Assembly: GCA_018819225.1 (NCBI GenBank)
Contig: JAHJQN010000004.1
Span: forward strand, 66,813 to 130,812
Direction of reading: 5' to 3'
DNA: 64,000 nucleotides
Origin: Candidatus Micrarchaeota archaeon
Lineage (GTDB): Archaea; Micrarchaeota; Micrarchaeia; Norongarragalinales; SBBD01
In this document: piece by piece, positions 1-10,228 of the stretch
Layout of the letters: each line of letters opens with the position of its first letter
Numbering within the stretch: the first letter of the stretch is position 1
Made by a program: the position numbers and the translations under genes
The notes under the pieces: generated by a model
Told to the model about the DNA's origin: nothing
Seen by the model: the letters and a program-made list of their open reading frames with translations, nothing else
The model's database searches: none

Positions 1-14
1 TTTCGCATGTCATC

Positions 15-689
15 ATGAAATTCGTTCATAAGCGCGCCATTCTCATTTCGTCTTTTTTAGGCGGCTTGGTTTCCTCCTTGGCCACCGTCGTGCTATTCGC
101 AAAAGAAAAGCGGTTGAGTTTCAACGCTTTTTTGTTGAGCTTTTCGAGTTCGGCCGCGGGATCATTGACGCGAAACTTGATTCTATTGGCGGGGGTAAGT
201 CCTCTACTATTTCAAACGTCGTTTCCGGTATTCTTGGTTCCTTTGGCGTTCTTGTTGATGGTGACGGCGTTCTTTTCCTCGCAGGTCAGCCTGACGAACG
301 CACGATACGTTTTCAATAAACCGATCAGTATGCGATTTGTACTCGAATTTGCTTTCGTTCTTTTTTTCATTACGTTGGTGGTCAACGTCATCTCGCTGCA
401 AACCTCTTCCATTCTTCTTTTCTTGTCGTTGGCGATCGGGGGAGTGGTGAGTTCGGCATCGGTTATTGCTTCCATTGCGTCTCTGCACGCTTCCGGCACG
501 TTTTCACAGTCTCAAGCGGTTATTGGACTCGCCATCGCATTGATCGGGTCAACGGTTTCCAACACGATTTTCGTTTTTCGAGATCATGAACCCCACCACC
601 GCCTTCAACTACTGTTTTTAGTTCTGGTTAGCGTCGCCGTCATTATCCTGGGTTTCTTTGCCTCTCAATACCAGCTATTCGGCGGATAA
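15..689 (+). CDS. Hypothetical polytopic membrane protein
   Basis: 224-aa ORF that is hydrophobic throughout, with several predicted transmembrane segments and no Cys. No recognisable catalytic motif. Confidence 0.4.
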   Translation: MKFVHKRAILISSFLGGLVSSLATVVLFAKEKRLSFNAFLLSFSSSAAGSLTRNLILLAGVSPLLFQTSFPVFLVPLAFLLMVTAFFSSQVSLTNARYVFNKPISMRFVLEFAFVLFFITLVVNVISLQTSSILLFLSLAIGGVVSSASVIASIASLHASGTFSQSQAVIGLAIALIGSTVSNTIFVFRDHEPHHRLQLLFLVLVSVAVIILGFFASQYQLFGG

Positions 690-694
690 TGGAC

Positions 695-1522
695 TTAGAA
701 TCCTTTGAGTAAATGGTATAGCAATGCGGCGATTACGGCTCCGGAGATGGATGCAAGTAAATTAACGGTATCGTTGTTGACGCTCTTCCAACCGGTTCGG
801 TATACGGTCTTTATTCCGCACTTGTGCGTTTCGCGTTCCGTGATTTTCCGACATTTTTTACAGTAGAATTTGGCTTGGATGGTTGCACCTAATAACGAGT
901 CAATGAGCGCCCCAAAGAACCCGGCAACCGTCGGAATCAATACGAGGTTGAAATTGTCAATGGCCGTAAAATTGAAAAACGCGTTAATGACGAGTGCGCT
1001 TAAACCAATTAAGACGGATGCAAGGAGAGACACCGCAAGTCCCTTGAATGAAACGGCTCCGGAAAGCCCGCTTTTCGCTTTTTGGAACGTGGTGAGGAAA
1101 AAAGCGCGTTTGCTAAGCACTCCGATTTCGGTGGCTAGCGTATCCGCGGTAACGGTGGCAATCACGCCCACGTACGCAAAGTAAAACGTATTCAATGGAA
1201 AAAAATGGTATATGACCGCGATGAGGGCACCGAGCGCTCCGTTGGCTCCTACTTGCCAAAAATCGCGCACGCCTCCTTTAGCAGATTCTTGCATGGCTAT
1301 TTTCTTTAACCGGTTTTTGGCTTTGAATTTTGTGAAAACGCTGGCGATGACGAAGAAGGCGGCCAAGAGAAGGAACCACTCCCATCCACCGAACCAGAAA
1401 ATGGTGAGGCCGACCAATAACGCAGCAGCGATTCCGCCTTCCGAAAGCAGGTCGTAGCGGGCGGCTACGCTGGCCAAAAGCAGGATGGCAATAACGCCCG
1501 CATAGAATACGAAGTCAATCAT
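695..1522 (-). CDS. Integral membrane protein, DUF92/TMEM19-like, with C-terminal CxxC...C zinc-ribbon-like segment
   Basis: 275-aa multi-TM ORF. The motif VRDFWQVGANGALGALIAV resembles the conserved core of the DUF92 family. The C-terminus has CKKCRK...HKC. Family assignment is from memory. Confidence 0.45.
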   Translation of the reverse strand: MIDFVFYAGVIAILLLASVAARYDLLSEGGIAAALLVGLTIFWFGGWEWFLLLAAFFVIASVFTKFKAKNRLKKIAMQESAKGGVRDFWQVGANGALGALIAVIYHFFPLNTFYFAYVGVIATVTADTLATEIGVLSKRAFFLTTFQKAKSGLSGAVSFKGLAVSLLASVLIGLSALVINAFFNFTAIDNFNLVLIPTVAGFFGALIDSLLGATIQAKFYCKKCRKITERETHKCGIKTVYRTGWKSVNNDTVNLLASISGAVIAALLYHLLKGF

Positions 1523-1632
1523 GCGTTCTCAAACCCGTCGCATCTATTTAAACGTGTTCCTGAATTGGTGCGAGCGAACGTTCTTATCAAGAAAGCTTTT
1601 TAAGGGGAACCGAGTTACTTGTACGATTTCGG

Positions 1633-2859
1633 ATGCCCAAAGATCGCGAACCCTTACCGAAGAAACCCGTCGTAAAAACGGAGGTGCCTTCGAACGTTCC
1701 AGTCCGTGATAAGGGGACCAAATTAACCCTTAGCATCAATATCGATAGAACCTTCAAATACAAGGTTCCGTTCTTGTTCTTTGTTCTCGTATTGTTTATT
1801 TTTGCGACGATCATGTTTGCGAAAGCCAATTTTTCATTTGCGGATGTTTTTGATTTCAACCGCATTGAAAATAACGTATCCAAATTATATAGTATTTCGT
1901 TTATCCTCTTCGTTTTCTTGTTTTCGTTGTGTTTAGCCTTGGCCGCGATTTACGGATTCCGGTTGAATTCGGATACGGTTCTCTTATCCATGGTTCTGCT
2001 CATTATTCCGCTAGGCATTGGATGGTACATGTATCCGCGTTACGGGTTGGCATTTCTTTCCCTATCCGTTCCCGTTTGGCTTACCGGCTTTTTCATATCC
2101 TTACAAGAAAAATTGAATCTTTCGACCCTTTATGCGTCCATCAGTAAGGCCTTGCTGCTATTTCTCATTCTGACGGTTGCGTTTACGTTTTTGAAGGTTC
2201 AAGGCGATAAAGACATTTACTTTGATTCGTTTATGTTGAATGTAGCCCGTTTGGCTCCTTCCCTTCAGGGCCAGTTGCAAACCTCGGTCGCAGACGCCAT
2301 TGAAAACATTGAAATCGATAGCTCGGCGATTTCCAGCGGTATTGCCGCTCCTTCGGGGGAATCCGGACCCGTATCGCTGATATCCCGGGATACGACGGCG
2401 CAGATCGTTGCGGCTAATTATGACGATATCCGAGATTTGATGTTGGACGGATTTGAGGATTCGGGTGAACGGGCGTATGCTCAAACCAAAATGCCGATTT
2501 ATAGCGACTTACCCGTTTCGGAACGCAATCGGCTGACGGATTCCGTTTACAATCAATTGTCCGTGAATCCGTCGGGTACTGATGGGGATTCGTCTGGGGG
2601 CATCGTGGAAGCGATTTGGCCACAGATTCGTGCGGCCATGGCGGAGCAAGTGCGCAATAAGCCGGCTGAAGACGTGGATCCGGAAAGCATTCCGGCGTTG
2701 AAACAACGCTTGTTCAAAATTCCGATTTTCCAGACGTTCTACAATAATTTCGAGGTCTTTATGTCATTGATTGTATTGTCGATGATATCCATTTTCGTTT
2801 GGATCGTCAAGATATTGGGCTCTTTTCTCGCTTTGGGTCTCACCAAGCTCATCACTTAA
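1633..2859 (+). CDS. Hypothetical membrane protein with acidic soluble domain
   Basis: 408-aa ORF. The N-terminal half has about six hydrophobic helices. The C-terminal half is acidic and Ser/Asp-rich, and a final TM helix follows. Confidence 0.4.
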   Translation: MPKDREPLPKKPVVKTEVPSNVPVRDKGTKLTLSINIDRTFKYKVPFLFFVLVLFIFATIMFAKANFSFADVFDFNRIENNVSKLYSISFILFVFLFSLCLALAAIYGFRLNSDTVLLSMVLLIIPLGIGWYMYPRYGLAFLSLSVPVWLTGFFISLQEKLNLSTLYASISKALLLFLILTVAFTFLKVQGDKDIYFDSFMLNVARLAPSLQGQLQTSVADAIENIEIDSSAISSGIAAPSGESGPVSLISRDTTAQIVAANYDDIRDLMLDGFEDSGERAYAQTKMPIYSDLPVSERNRLTDSVYNQLSVNPSGTDGDSSGGIVEAIWPQIRAAMAEQVRNKPAEDVDPESIPALKQRLFKIPIFQTFYNNFEVFMSLIVLSMISIFVWIVKILGSFLALGLTKLIT

Positions 2860-2908
2860 AACGTTTTCTTTCCCTATTTCAAGTGAATGGTTTACTCGTG
2901 GGATCAAT

Positions 2909-4129
2909 ATGTCGAAATCGTTGAATGCGGTGGTGTTGGCTGGCGGGTATGGTACGCGCATGTTTCCATTGACGCTGCGAACTCCCAAGCCGTTGTTACC
3001 GGTCGCGGGCAAACCGGTTTTGCAGCACATCATTGAATTATTGGTGGATGCCGGCATTCAAAATATTACGATATCGTTAAAGGAGAACCAGCATAATATT
3101 GAAACGTATTTCGGGAATGGGAAGGCGTTTAACGCTCGCATGACTTACGCTTACGAAAAAGCGGTGAGTGAAACCGGTAAGATGGGTTCCGTGGGAGCGC
3201 TTTCCTACGTTTTTAGCAAGCATTGTTCACCTTCTGATTGCCTCGTGATCGGCGCCGATAATTTCTTTTACGGATTGGATTTGAAGGGCATGAGGAGTAC
3301 GCATACATCCAAGAAAGCGCATGCCACGCTGGCCTTGTTTGATCTGCAACACGTTGAGGACGTGAGGCTTTTTGGTGTAGCGGAACTCTTTGATGACGGC
3401 AAGATTCGGGGTTTTCAGGAGAAGCCCAGCGTGGAAGACGCTGCCAGTAAACTCGCGAGTACCGCCATCTATCAATTGGAAGAGGCATTTATTCGAACGC
3501 ATTTACCCCGGTACGTGAAAATGCAGCATGAAAAGGGAAAGAAAGCGGATCGTATTGGTGATCTGTGGAACCATTTTGTCGACGAGCTTAATTTGGTCGG
3601 GTATCCGTTCAAAGGCATTTGGGGCGACATTGGGAATACTCAAAACTATTTGGAGACCAACGCTTCTGCAATGAAGTTTCTTCATAAAAAAGGGGGTCAT
3701 CGAATGGATGCCCGTGCCTCTATTGACCGGTCCGCGGTCATTAAAGCTCCAGTAATAATTGAGAAAGGGGTTCAGGTCAGATCGGGCGCAATCATTGGTC
3801 CAAATGCGTGCATTCTTCACGACTCCATCGTAGATGAAGGCGCGTCCATTGAAAACGCGATTGTTTTTGAAAGAGTTCGCGTCGGAAAGAAAGCGATGGT
3901 ATGCAACGCCGTTGTTGACGGAGGCGTTCACATTGGAAATCAATCAGAGGTTTCCGGTTATAGCATGCTGGGCTTTGAATCGCAAATCGGTCATCATACG
4001 CGCGTCATTGGAAATACTCGAATATATCCTCGAATAACCGTTCCGGATGATGTGGAAATCACGAAGGACCAGACGGCCTCCGACGAACCCATTATGAAAA
4101 CGCTGGAAGACTCGTGCTATTGGAGGTGA
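2909..4129 (+). CDS. Sugar-phosphate nucleotidyltransferase with C-terminal left-handed beta-helix domain (GlmU/RmlA-like, bifunctional type)
   Basis: N-terminal LAGGYGTRMFPLT...PKPLLPV is the G-x-G-x-R pyrophosphorylase signature. The C-terminal 150 aa show hexapeptide-repeat periodicity (IGPNACILHDSIV..., VGKKAMVCNAVV...). Confidence 0.75.
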   Translation: MSKSLNAVVLAGGYGTRMFPLTLRTPKPLLPVAGKPVLQHIIELLVDAGIQNITISLKENQHNIETYFGNGKAFNARMTYAYEKAVSETGKMGSVGALSYVFSKHCSPSDCLVIGADNFFYGLDLKGMRSTHTSKKAHATLALFDLQHVEDVRLFGVAELFDDGKIRGFQEKPSVEDAASKLASTAIYQLEEAFIRTHLPRYVKMQHEKGKKADRIGDLWNHFVDELNLVGYPFKGIWGDIGNTQNYLETNASAMKFLHKKGGHRMDARASIDRSAVIKAPVIIEKGVQVRSGAIIGPNACILHDSIVDEGASIENAIVFERVRVGKKAMVCNAVVDGGVHIGNQSEVSGYSMLGFESQIGHHTRVIGNTRIYPRITVPDDVEITKDQTASDEPIMKTLEDSCYWR

Positions 4130-5604
4130 TTATTTCCCTTCACTTCTTTTGAGGCGCCTTTCAATTTTTTTAAGGGCCGCATGCTCGGGAAAAACAGCAC
4201 TTCCTTGATGCTGGTTTGGTTCGTAAACAGCATCGTAATGCGATCAATTCCGATCCCGATGCCACCCATGGGCGGCATACCGTATTCCATCGCCTCTAAA
4301 AAGTCTTCATCGAAAGGCTGCGCTTCCTCATCTCCTTTTTTCCGGTTCTCGGCTTGTTTCGTGAATTTTTCGCGTTGTTCAACGGGATCCGTTAATTCGG
4401 AATACGCGTTCGCGCATTCTTCTCCCGCAATATACAGTTCGTAGCGTTCAGCGAGTCGCGGTTCCCCGCGTTTTTTCTTGGTTAGCGGACACATGTATTC
4501 CGGGTAATCAATGACGAACGTCGGATTCCATATCGAGGGCTTGACGTATTTATCAAATAGCGCGTCAAAAACGTGTGCGCGAGTCGACTGGCTGACCTCC
4601 ATTTTCAATTTCTTGGCTGCGGCCATGGCTTCAGAATCCGAATGCCATTTGAGGACGTCAATGCCGCTTTTTTCTTGAATGACTTTTACGATGGAAACGC
4701 GGGTAAATGGCCCTTTAAATGATACCTTTTTGTCCTGGTATTCAAAGAAGATTTTTCCATAAAGCGCGTTGCAGATTTTCTGAAAAATTTCCTCCGCGCG
4801 TTTCATCATGCCTTGGTAATCCGTATACGCTTCATAGAATTCGAGCATCGTGAACTCGGGGTTGTGCGCGGAATCAATGTCTTCATTCCGAAAGTCTTTA
4901 GAAATTTCGTACACGCGTTCCAGGCCCCCTGCAATCAGGCGTTTTAAGTAGAGCTCGTCGGCAATGCGCAAGTACAAATCCGTTTCGAGCGCATTATGGC
5001 GCGTTTGGAAGGGTTTGGCTGCGGCTCCACCGTACAGCGGTTGCAAAATGGGGGTTTCAACTTCCAGAAAATGGTTTTCGTTCAGGTAATCGCGAATGGT
5101 TTGAATCAGCAAGGCCCTTTTTTTGAATATCTCGGCTTGGTCGGGGTTGGCGATGAGATCCAAATAGCGCTTCCGGTACCGGATTTCCGTATTTTCGAGT
5201 CCGTGCCATTTCTCCGGCAAAACGCGCAGTGATTTGCAGAGCAATTCGTAGGTCTTGACGTCAACGGAAATCTCGCCTTTCTTCGTTTTAGTGATGATTC
5301 CCCTGACTCCAATGATGTCGCCCGTGTCCAATTTCTCGAACGCGGCCAGTGCTTCTTTTCCCACGTGATCTTTTCTCACCATGACTTGAATTTTGCCTTG
5401 GACGTCTTGAAGCGTGGCAAATAGGAGGTTTCCAAACGAGCGTTTGGTCATGATGCGTCCGGCGACCGCCGCCTCTTTTCCTTCTAATGATGAAAACGAA
5501 TCGATGACTTCCGTTGTGTAATGCGTTCGATGGTAGAAATAAGGGTATGGCTCGATGCCTTGCTCTTTCAATTCTTTTCGTGCAGACTGGCGTTGAATGT
5601 CCAT
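4117..5604 (-). CDS. lysS: Lysyl-tRNA synthetase, class II
   Basis: 495 aa. An N-terminal OB anticodon-binding region (AAVAGRIMTKRSFGNLLFATLQD) is followed by class II motifs (FRNEDIDSAHNPEFTMLEFY, GGIGIGIDR). The 3' end overlaps the convergent nucleotidyltransferase gene by 13 nt. Confidence 0.9.
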   Translation of the reverse strand: MDIQRQSARKELKEQGIEPYPYFYHRTHYTTEVIDSFSSLEGKEAAVAGRIMTKRSFGNLLFATLQDVQGKIQVMVRKDHVGKEALAAFEKLDTGDIIGVRGIITKTKKGEISVDVKTYELLCKSLRVLPEKWHGLENTEIRYRKRYLDLIANPDQAEIFKKRALLIQTIRDYLNENHFLEVETPILQPLYGGAAAKPFQTRHNALETDLYLRIADELYLKRLIAGGLERVYEISKDFRNEDIDSAHNPEFTMLEFYEAYTDYQGMMKRAEEIFQKICNALYGKIFFEYQDKKVSFKGPFTRVSIVKVIQEKSGIDVLKWHSDSEAMAAAKKLKMEVSQSTRAHVFDALFDKYVKPSIWNPTFVIDYPEYMCPLTKKKRGEPRLAERYELYIAGEECANAYSELTDPVEQREKFTKQAENRKKGDEEAQPFDEDFLEAMEYGMPPMGGIGIGIDRITMLFTNQTSIKEVLFFPSMRPLKKLKGASKEVKGNNHLQ

Positions 5605-5645
5605 AGGAATCTCTTAATTTTATTCGGGGAGGGCGTTTTTATAGC

Positions 5646-6416
5646 CTACTTCTGGCGTTTGAACGCCCAAGCTCCGGCGTATATGGTAAGGGAGGCGAAC
5701 GCAAGGAGCACGAGGATATTCATTCCCAATGAATATTGGCTGGTCCCAATCAATAATGCCCGAAGCGCATCGACTCCGAATGCAAGGGGGTTGATGTACG
5801 TGAGGGGTAACAGGAAGGCCGGGAGATTGTTTAATGGAAATAACGCTCCACTCAGGAAAAACATGGGTAATGTAAAGAAGGTCATGACCAAATTGAATCC
5901 TTCAAAGCTTTCCATGTGGGATCCAATGAACAAGCCCGTACTGACGATGATAAGGGAAATAAGGAATAGGATGGGTAGAACCAAAAGAACATTTGGTATG
6001 GATAATCCTATTCCAAAAAGACCTCCAAGAAACAGGAAAATGGTTCCTTGAATCATTCCAATGGTGCTCCCGCCGAGTGCTTTCCCAAAGAATATGGAGA
6101 TGCGGGATATGGGGGCCACTAACGTTTCTTTCAAAAACCCAAATTGACGATCCCATACGACGCTGACCCCAAAAAATAGGGAACTGAACAATATGGTCAT
6201 GCCCAAGATTCCCGGGAACAGAAACGTCTGATACTCGACTCCTGAACCAATAGTAAACGCTGAAAATCCACTACTGAATACGACCAGCCAAAGCAGCGGG
6301 GAAGCAATGCTCGTGAGAATCCGTGATCGTTCTCTGGAGTATCGAATGAGTTCCCGCCTCCAAATGGCTCGTATGCCTCGAAATTCTTTCATCATTATCG
6401 AACACCCGCTTTCCAA
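5646..6416 (-). CDS. ABC-2 family transporter permease
   Basis: 256 aa with six TM helices and an ABC-2 type topology. It overlaps the upstream ATPase gene by 22 nt, which indicates an operon. Confidence 0.7.
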   Translation of the reverse strand: MESGCSIMMKEFRGIRAIWRRELIRYSRERSRILTSIASPLLWLVVFSSGFSAFTIGSGVEYQTFLFPGILGMTILFSSLFFGVSVVWDRQFGFLKETLVAPISRISIFFGKALGGSTIGMIQGTIFLFLGGLFGIGLSIPNVLLVLPILFLISLIIVSTGLFIGSHMESFEGFNLVMTFFTLPMFFLSGALFPLNNLPAFLLPLTYINPLAFGVDALRALLIGTSQYSLGMNILVLLAFASLTIYAGAWAFKRQK

Positions 6417-7378
6417 GCCAGTTTGGCATCCGAATACGGTTCATCTTTCCGCATTTCCTTTCCGGTATAATGAATGAACACGTCATCCAACGTCGGTTCG
6501 TGGGTTTCAATGGATTCGACGGCAAATTTTTTGAGGGAAACGATTTTCAATATCTGTTGAAAACTGGAGCCATGGGTAACGGATACGGCGATTCCTTCCT
6601 CGTAAATATCGACGTATGTGACTCCTCGAACCCTCTCCAATTTTTTAGCCAATTCCTTTTTCCCATTTTTTGTTTTAATGCGCACCACGTTTCCTTGAAT
6701 GCTTTTTTTTAGATCGGATGGGGTTCCGAGAACGACGAGCTTGGAACGGTCGATGATGGCAATGCGGTCGCACGTGCGTTCCGCTTCCTCCATGTAGTGA
6801 GTCGTCAGCACGATCGTCATCTTATGTTTTTCTTTGAGCTTAAGTAAGTATTTCCAGATGTGGTTTCGGGTTTGCAGATCCAACCCGATCGTGGGTTCAT
6901 CTAAAAATAGCACTTTGGGCGTATGCATGAGCCCCCGGGCAATCTCGAGCCGTCTCCGCATTCCTCCGGAGAATGTTTTGACTTGCCGATGCGATTGTTC
7001 CGATAGTTCGACGAGATCCAGGACGTCATCGCTTTTTTTCAGTATCTCTTCTTCATTCATTCCGTACATGCGGCCGTGAAACTCCAGGTTTTCTCTGGCG
7101 GTCAGTAATTCGTCCAGGCTGGGGTCTTGAAAAACCACTCCGATGGATTGCCGGACTTTGTCGGATTCGCTGACGACATGCGCTCCGTTAACGGTTGCCG
7201 ATCCCGACGTGGGTTCCAGTAAAGTGCACAGCATAGATATGAGGGTTGTTTTACCGGCGCCGTTCGGACCCAATAAACCGAAAAACTCGCCTTCGCGTAT
7301 GGATAGCGTTAGACGATTAACCGCGGTCAAATCGCCGTACTTCTTAGTCAACTCTTTAATTTCTATAACGGATTTCAT
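6395..7378 (-). CDS. ABC transporter ATP-binding protein
   Basis: Walker A GPNGAGKTT, ABC signature LSGGMRRRLEIARGL, and Walker B LFLDEPTIGLD. Confidence 0.9.
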   Translation of the reverse strand: MKSVIEIKELTKKYGDLTAVNRLTLSIREGEFFGLLGPNGAGKTTLISMLCTLLEPTSGSATVNGAHVVSESDKVRQSIGVVFQDPSLDELLTARENLEFHGRMYGMNEEEILKKSDDVLDLVELSEQSHRQVKTFSGGMRRRLEIARGLMHTPKVLFLDEPTIGLDLQTRNHIWKYLLKLKEKHKMTIVLTTHYMEEAERTCDRIAIIDRSKLVVLGTPSDLKKSIQGNVVRIKTKNGKKELAKKLERVRGVTYVDIYEEGIAVSVTHGSSFQQILKIVSLKKFAVESIETHEPTLDDVFIHYTGKEMRKDEPYSDAKLAWKAGVR

Positions 7379-7431
7379 TGCAAATCACAATGATTCATAT
7401 GATGCGTCAGAAGGTATGGTTTAAGTCTTAT

Positions 7432-8691
7432 TTATTCGTAGCGAAGCGCTTCCACGGGTTGTAATTTGCTGGCGTTTCGTGCGGGCACGACTCCGGATAT
7501 CACGCCGACAGAGAATGAGAATGCGAGGGCGAATCCCATGAGTTCAATGGTCATTACGCTGGGGATATCAAATGCGTTCATTAACAAAGAGGTTCCTACG
7601 CCTAAACCGACGCCAATGGCTCCGCCGGCAAAGCCGATCATGCCCGATTCCAGCAAAAAGAGTTGTAGGATGGTGTGGGGGGAAGCGCCCAGCGCTTTTA
7701 ATATGCCAATTTCGCGCGTGCGTTCGAGAACGGAGGTAAACATGGCATTCGCCACGCCAATGCCTCCGACTAACAATGAAATCGCAGCGACTCCTCCTAG
7801 GAAAAGGGTCAGCAAAGCCGTGATTTCTCCAATTTGAGCGGATATGGATGCCGCAGTGAGCGTGGAGAAATCTTCTTCGCCTTCACGGACTTTATGCGAA
7901 TTGCGCAGTTCGTGATAAATGCGTTGTTCGATGATTTCAATATTTGATCCTTCCCGTGTGACAACCAGTATGGAATCCACGGATCCCGAATTGATTCTAT
8001 TTGAAATACCCCGGGCGGCCCGTTGATCGATGAAAATACGGTTATTGGCTTGAGGGGAATCTTTGACTATCCCTCTCACCTTAAACGGTTTTCCAAGAAT
8101 GTATAACGTGTCGCCGACGCGGAGATCGTCCGAGAAGAGTCCGTGAGCCACATCCTTTCCGACAATGGCCGAGGTTTGATCGCCATCGTTGAAAAACTTG
8201 CCTTCTTGGTACCCGCCTTTGATGAGGAATTTATTCCATGCATCGGCATTGACGCCAATGACCGTCGAGCTAACGTTTTCTTCCTTAAATTGAACGTTGG
8301 CTAACGTCAACCCAATGTTTCCGGAAGTCGCTTCCACTCCCCCGATATTATTGATGCGTTCGACATCCCGGTCGTATAAGATCCCTTTCAATATCGGCGG
8401 CCCCATCTGGAGTCCGCCTTCAAAGAAGTTTCCAGGAGTGACGAGCACGTAATTGGATCCCAGGGATCCCAGCTGATCTTTAATTGAGGCATCGAGTCCC
8501 TGAGCGAGAGAAATAAGAATCACGATGGATGCGATTCCTATGATGATGCCCAGGATGGTCAGCCAGCTTCGAAGGGAGCGATGCCGCAGGCTCTCGAACG
8601 TGTACTTCAATAGTTCGGATAGTTTCATGGTCCCGACTCCCTTCAATACCGGTCTTTTTTCCGTTACGCGTATCCGTTCTTCAGACGCCAT
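7432..8691 (-). CDS. ABC transporter permease, FtsX/MacB-like
   Basis: 419 aa. An N-terminal TM helix and a large extracytoplasmic domain are followed by three C-terminal TM helices. This is the FtsX/MacB permease architecture. It overlaps the upstream gene by 11 nt. Confidence 0.8.
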   Translation of the reverse strand: MASEERIRVTEKRPVLKGVGTMKLSELLKYTFESLRHRSLRSWLTILGIIIGIASIVILISLAQGLDASIKDQLGSLGSNYVLVTPGNFFEGGLQMGPPILKGILYDRDVERINNIGGVEATSGNIGLTLANVQFKEENVSSTVIGVNADAWNKFLIKGGYQEGKFFNDGDQTSAIVGKDVAHGLFSDDLRVGDTLYILGKPFKVRGIVKDSPQANNRIFIDQRAARGISNRINSGSVDSILVVTREGSNIEIIEQRIYHELRNSHKVREGEEDFSTLTAASISAQIGEITALLTLFLGGVAAISLLVGGIGVANAMFTSVLERTREIGILKALGASPHTILQLFLLESGMIGFAGGAIGVGLGVGTSLLMNAFDIPSVMTIELMGFALAFSFSVGVISGVVPARNASKLQPVEALRYE

Positions 8692-10228
8692 GCGGCTTCT
8701 TCTTCTTGAACCATTTCTTGTATGCGAAGTAACCGATGACCGCCAACACGATGATGATAATCGCGTAGTTTAACGGATTGCTTCCACTGACCCCGCGCGC
8801 CATTTGGGCGATTTCAGGAGAGACGATTTCTATAGTGGCTACTTTGGTTTTATCGTACGCGTTGTTATACGCGTCTTTGAACGTCAAGCGAATATTGACG
8901 AGGTAGCTTCCGGGAGTAATTCCTTTCTTGACGAGTACGGGGAACTGACTCGTGCTGTAATCGTCGAGGTTTAACGTCCCTAAGTAGTCGCTGGTGATTC
9001 CGATGAACTCGAGCTCGTTGGAACTGGCATACACGGAAACCGCGCGTACGGCCGTGTCTCCAATGTTTGAAATCTGCACGGAGAGCGTGTACTGCGTATT
9101 GTCTGAGGACATGGGCGCTGGACTCGTACTCGTAATCACGGAGAGTTCCGGTGTACCCGCTACGCGTACTCCGACTGTTTTCTCAATTTCTTCACTTCCA
9201 ATGGTGCGTCCTTGGTACTTCACGGTTATGGGTATGCCGTAAGCTTTCAATACGGCGTTCGTGTTTACACTGATGTGAAACTTGACGCGTTGGACTTCAT
9301 TGGGTTCAATAATGGAAATGACTTTTTCGTTGAAGTCCAATGGGACAAAGAACTCGGATTCTTCCGGTAATACGACGTGAACTTCCGAAAGGGGTTCGTC
9401 CGCCGTGTTACGAACAGCGATGACGAGATCGGTCGAGCTACCCGGAGAAACCGATTCGGTTTCCGCAAATACGGTGATGCGCTGGGCATCGCTGGTGGCA
9501 GTAATGGGGCCGACGAGCAATTCTTCAGTGGTGCCCGTAGCAACGGCATCGTCGTAAGTAATCGTTAACGGAATGGAGTAATATCCGGCTTTGATTACGG
9601 GTCCGGCAATCATGGGAATAGAAATTCGTTTGCTGTTTCCTCCTTTGAGGTCACCCATTTGGATTTTACTTCGTCCATCAAACGTGAAATTGGATAGGGC
9701 GGGATATGAGAGAATGATGTTTCGTAAATCACCTCCTTCATTCAACAGAGTAGCCGTAATCGTGAACGAATCGCGTGGAGCGATGGCACTTTTACTTACC
9801 ACGACCTCTTCCACCTGAAGTGAGTTGGTCGTGGAAACCGACACGGGAATGGAAAATTTCTTGTAACCGGTGGCGGTTCCGCCGAGATTACTCACGTAGG
9901 CTATAGTGAGTGTAATGACGTAATTCCCGGGTTTCGCATAATCTCTGACTTTGAAAGACATGGAAGCGATGGACGTCCCTAGCGTACCAATGTCACCGAG
10001 AGATACTCCGCCAGAAAATTGGAGCTGGCTAGCGGTTCCTTGGATTTCAGCTCCGGAAAGATATTCGGAAGTGCTGGGATTGTATATCGTCACCGTAATC
10101 GTTCCCGAGGTTCCTGGTTTGAGGGTCGTAGGGGTAACTGTAAAATCCTGCAATTGGGGAGCGGCTTGAACGCCAAACGCGATCATCAATACCAACAGCG
10201 CCGTAACGAATCCTTTCATGGTCTTCAC
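8681..10228 (-). CDS. Secreted beta-rich cell-surface protein (COG1361-like) with C-terminal TM anchor; accessory to the MacB-type ABC transporter
   Basis: 515 aa with a signal peptide (MKTMKGFVTALLVLMIAFGVQA). The body is Thr/Ser/Val-rich with repetitive beta-strand character. The C-terminus has a TM helix followed by KKWFKKKKPHGV. It sits between the ATPase and FtsX permease genes, which is the usual archaeal arrangement. Confidence 0.55.
   Translation of the reverse strand: MKTMKGFVTALLVLMIAFGVQAAPQLQDFTVTPTTLKPGTSGTITVTIYNPSTSEYLSGAEIQGTASQLQFSGGVSLGDIGTLGTSIASMSFKVRDYAKPGNYVITLTIAYVSNLGGTATGYKKFSIPVSVSTTNSLQVEEVVVSKSAIAPRDSFTITATLLNEGGDLRNIILSYPALSNFTFDGRSKIQMGDLKGGNSKRISIPMIAGPVIKAGYYSIPLTITYDDAVATGTTEELLVGPITATSDAQRITVFAETESVSPGSSTDLVIAVRNTADEPLSEVHVVLPEESEFFVPLDFNEKVISIIEPNEVQRVKFHISVNTNAVLKAYGIPITVKYQGRTIGSEEIEKTVGVRVAGTPELSVITSTSPAPMSSDNTQYTLSVQISNIGDTAVRAVSVYASSNELEFIGITSDYLGTLNLDDYSTSQFPVLVKKGITPGSYLVNIRLTFKDAYNNAYDKTKVATIEIVSPEIAQMARGVSGSNPLNYAIIIIVLAVIGYFAYKKWFKKKKPHGV

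Noticed and set aside
207-499. Multiple short antisense or embedded ORFs from the six-frame track (for example 207-488, 212-499, 870-1184, 3503-3943, 13275-13796, 16117-16632, 24737-25111, 57394-57978, 62522-63004)
   Set aside because: They lie inside longer ORFs with clear homology or membrane-protein character on the opposite strand or in another frame. They show no motifs and have the biased composition typical of shadow ORFs.
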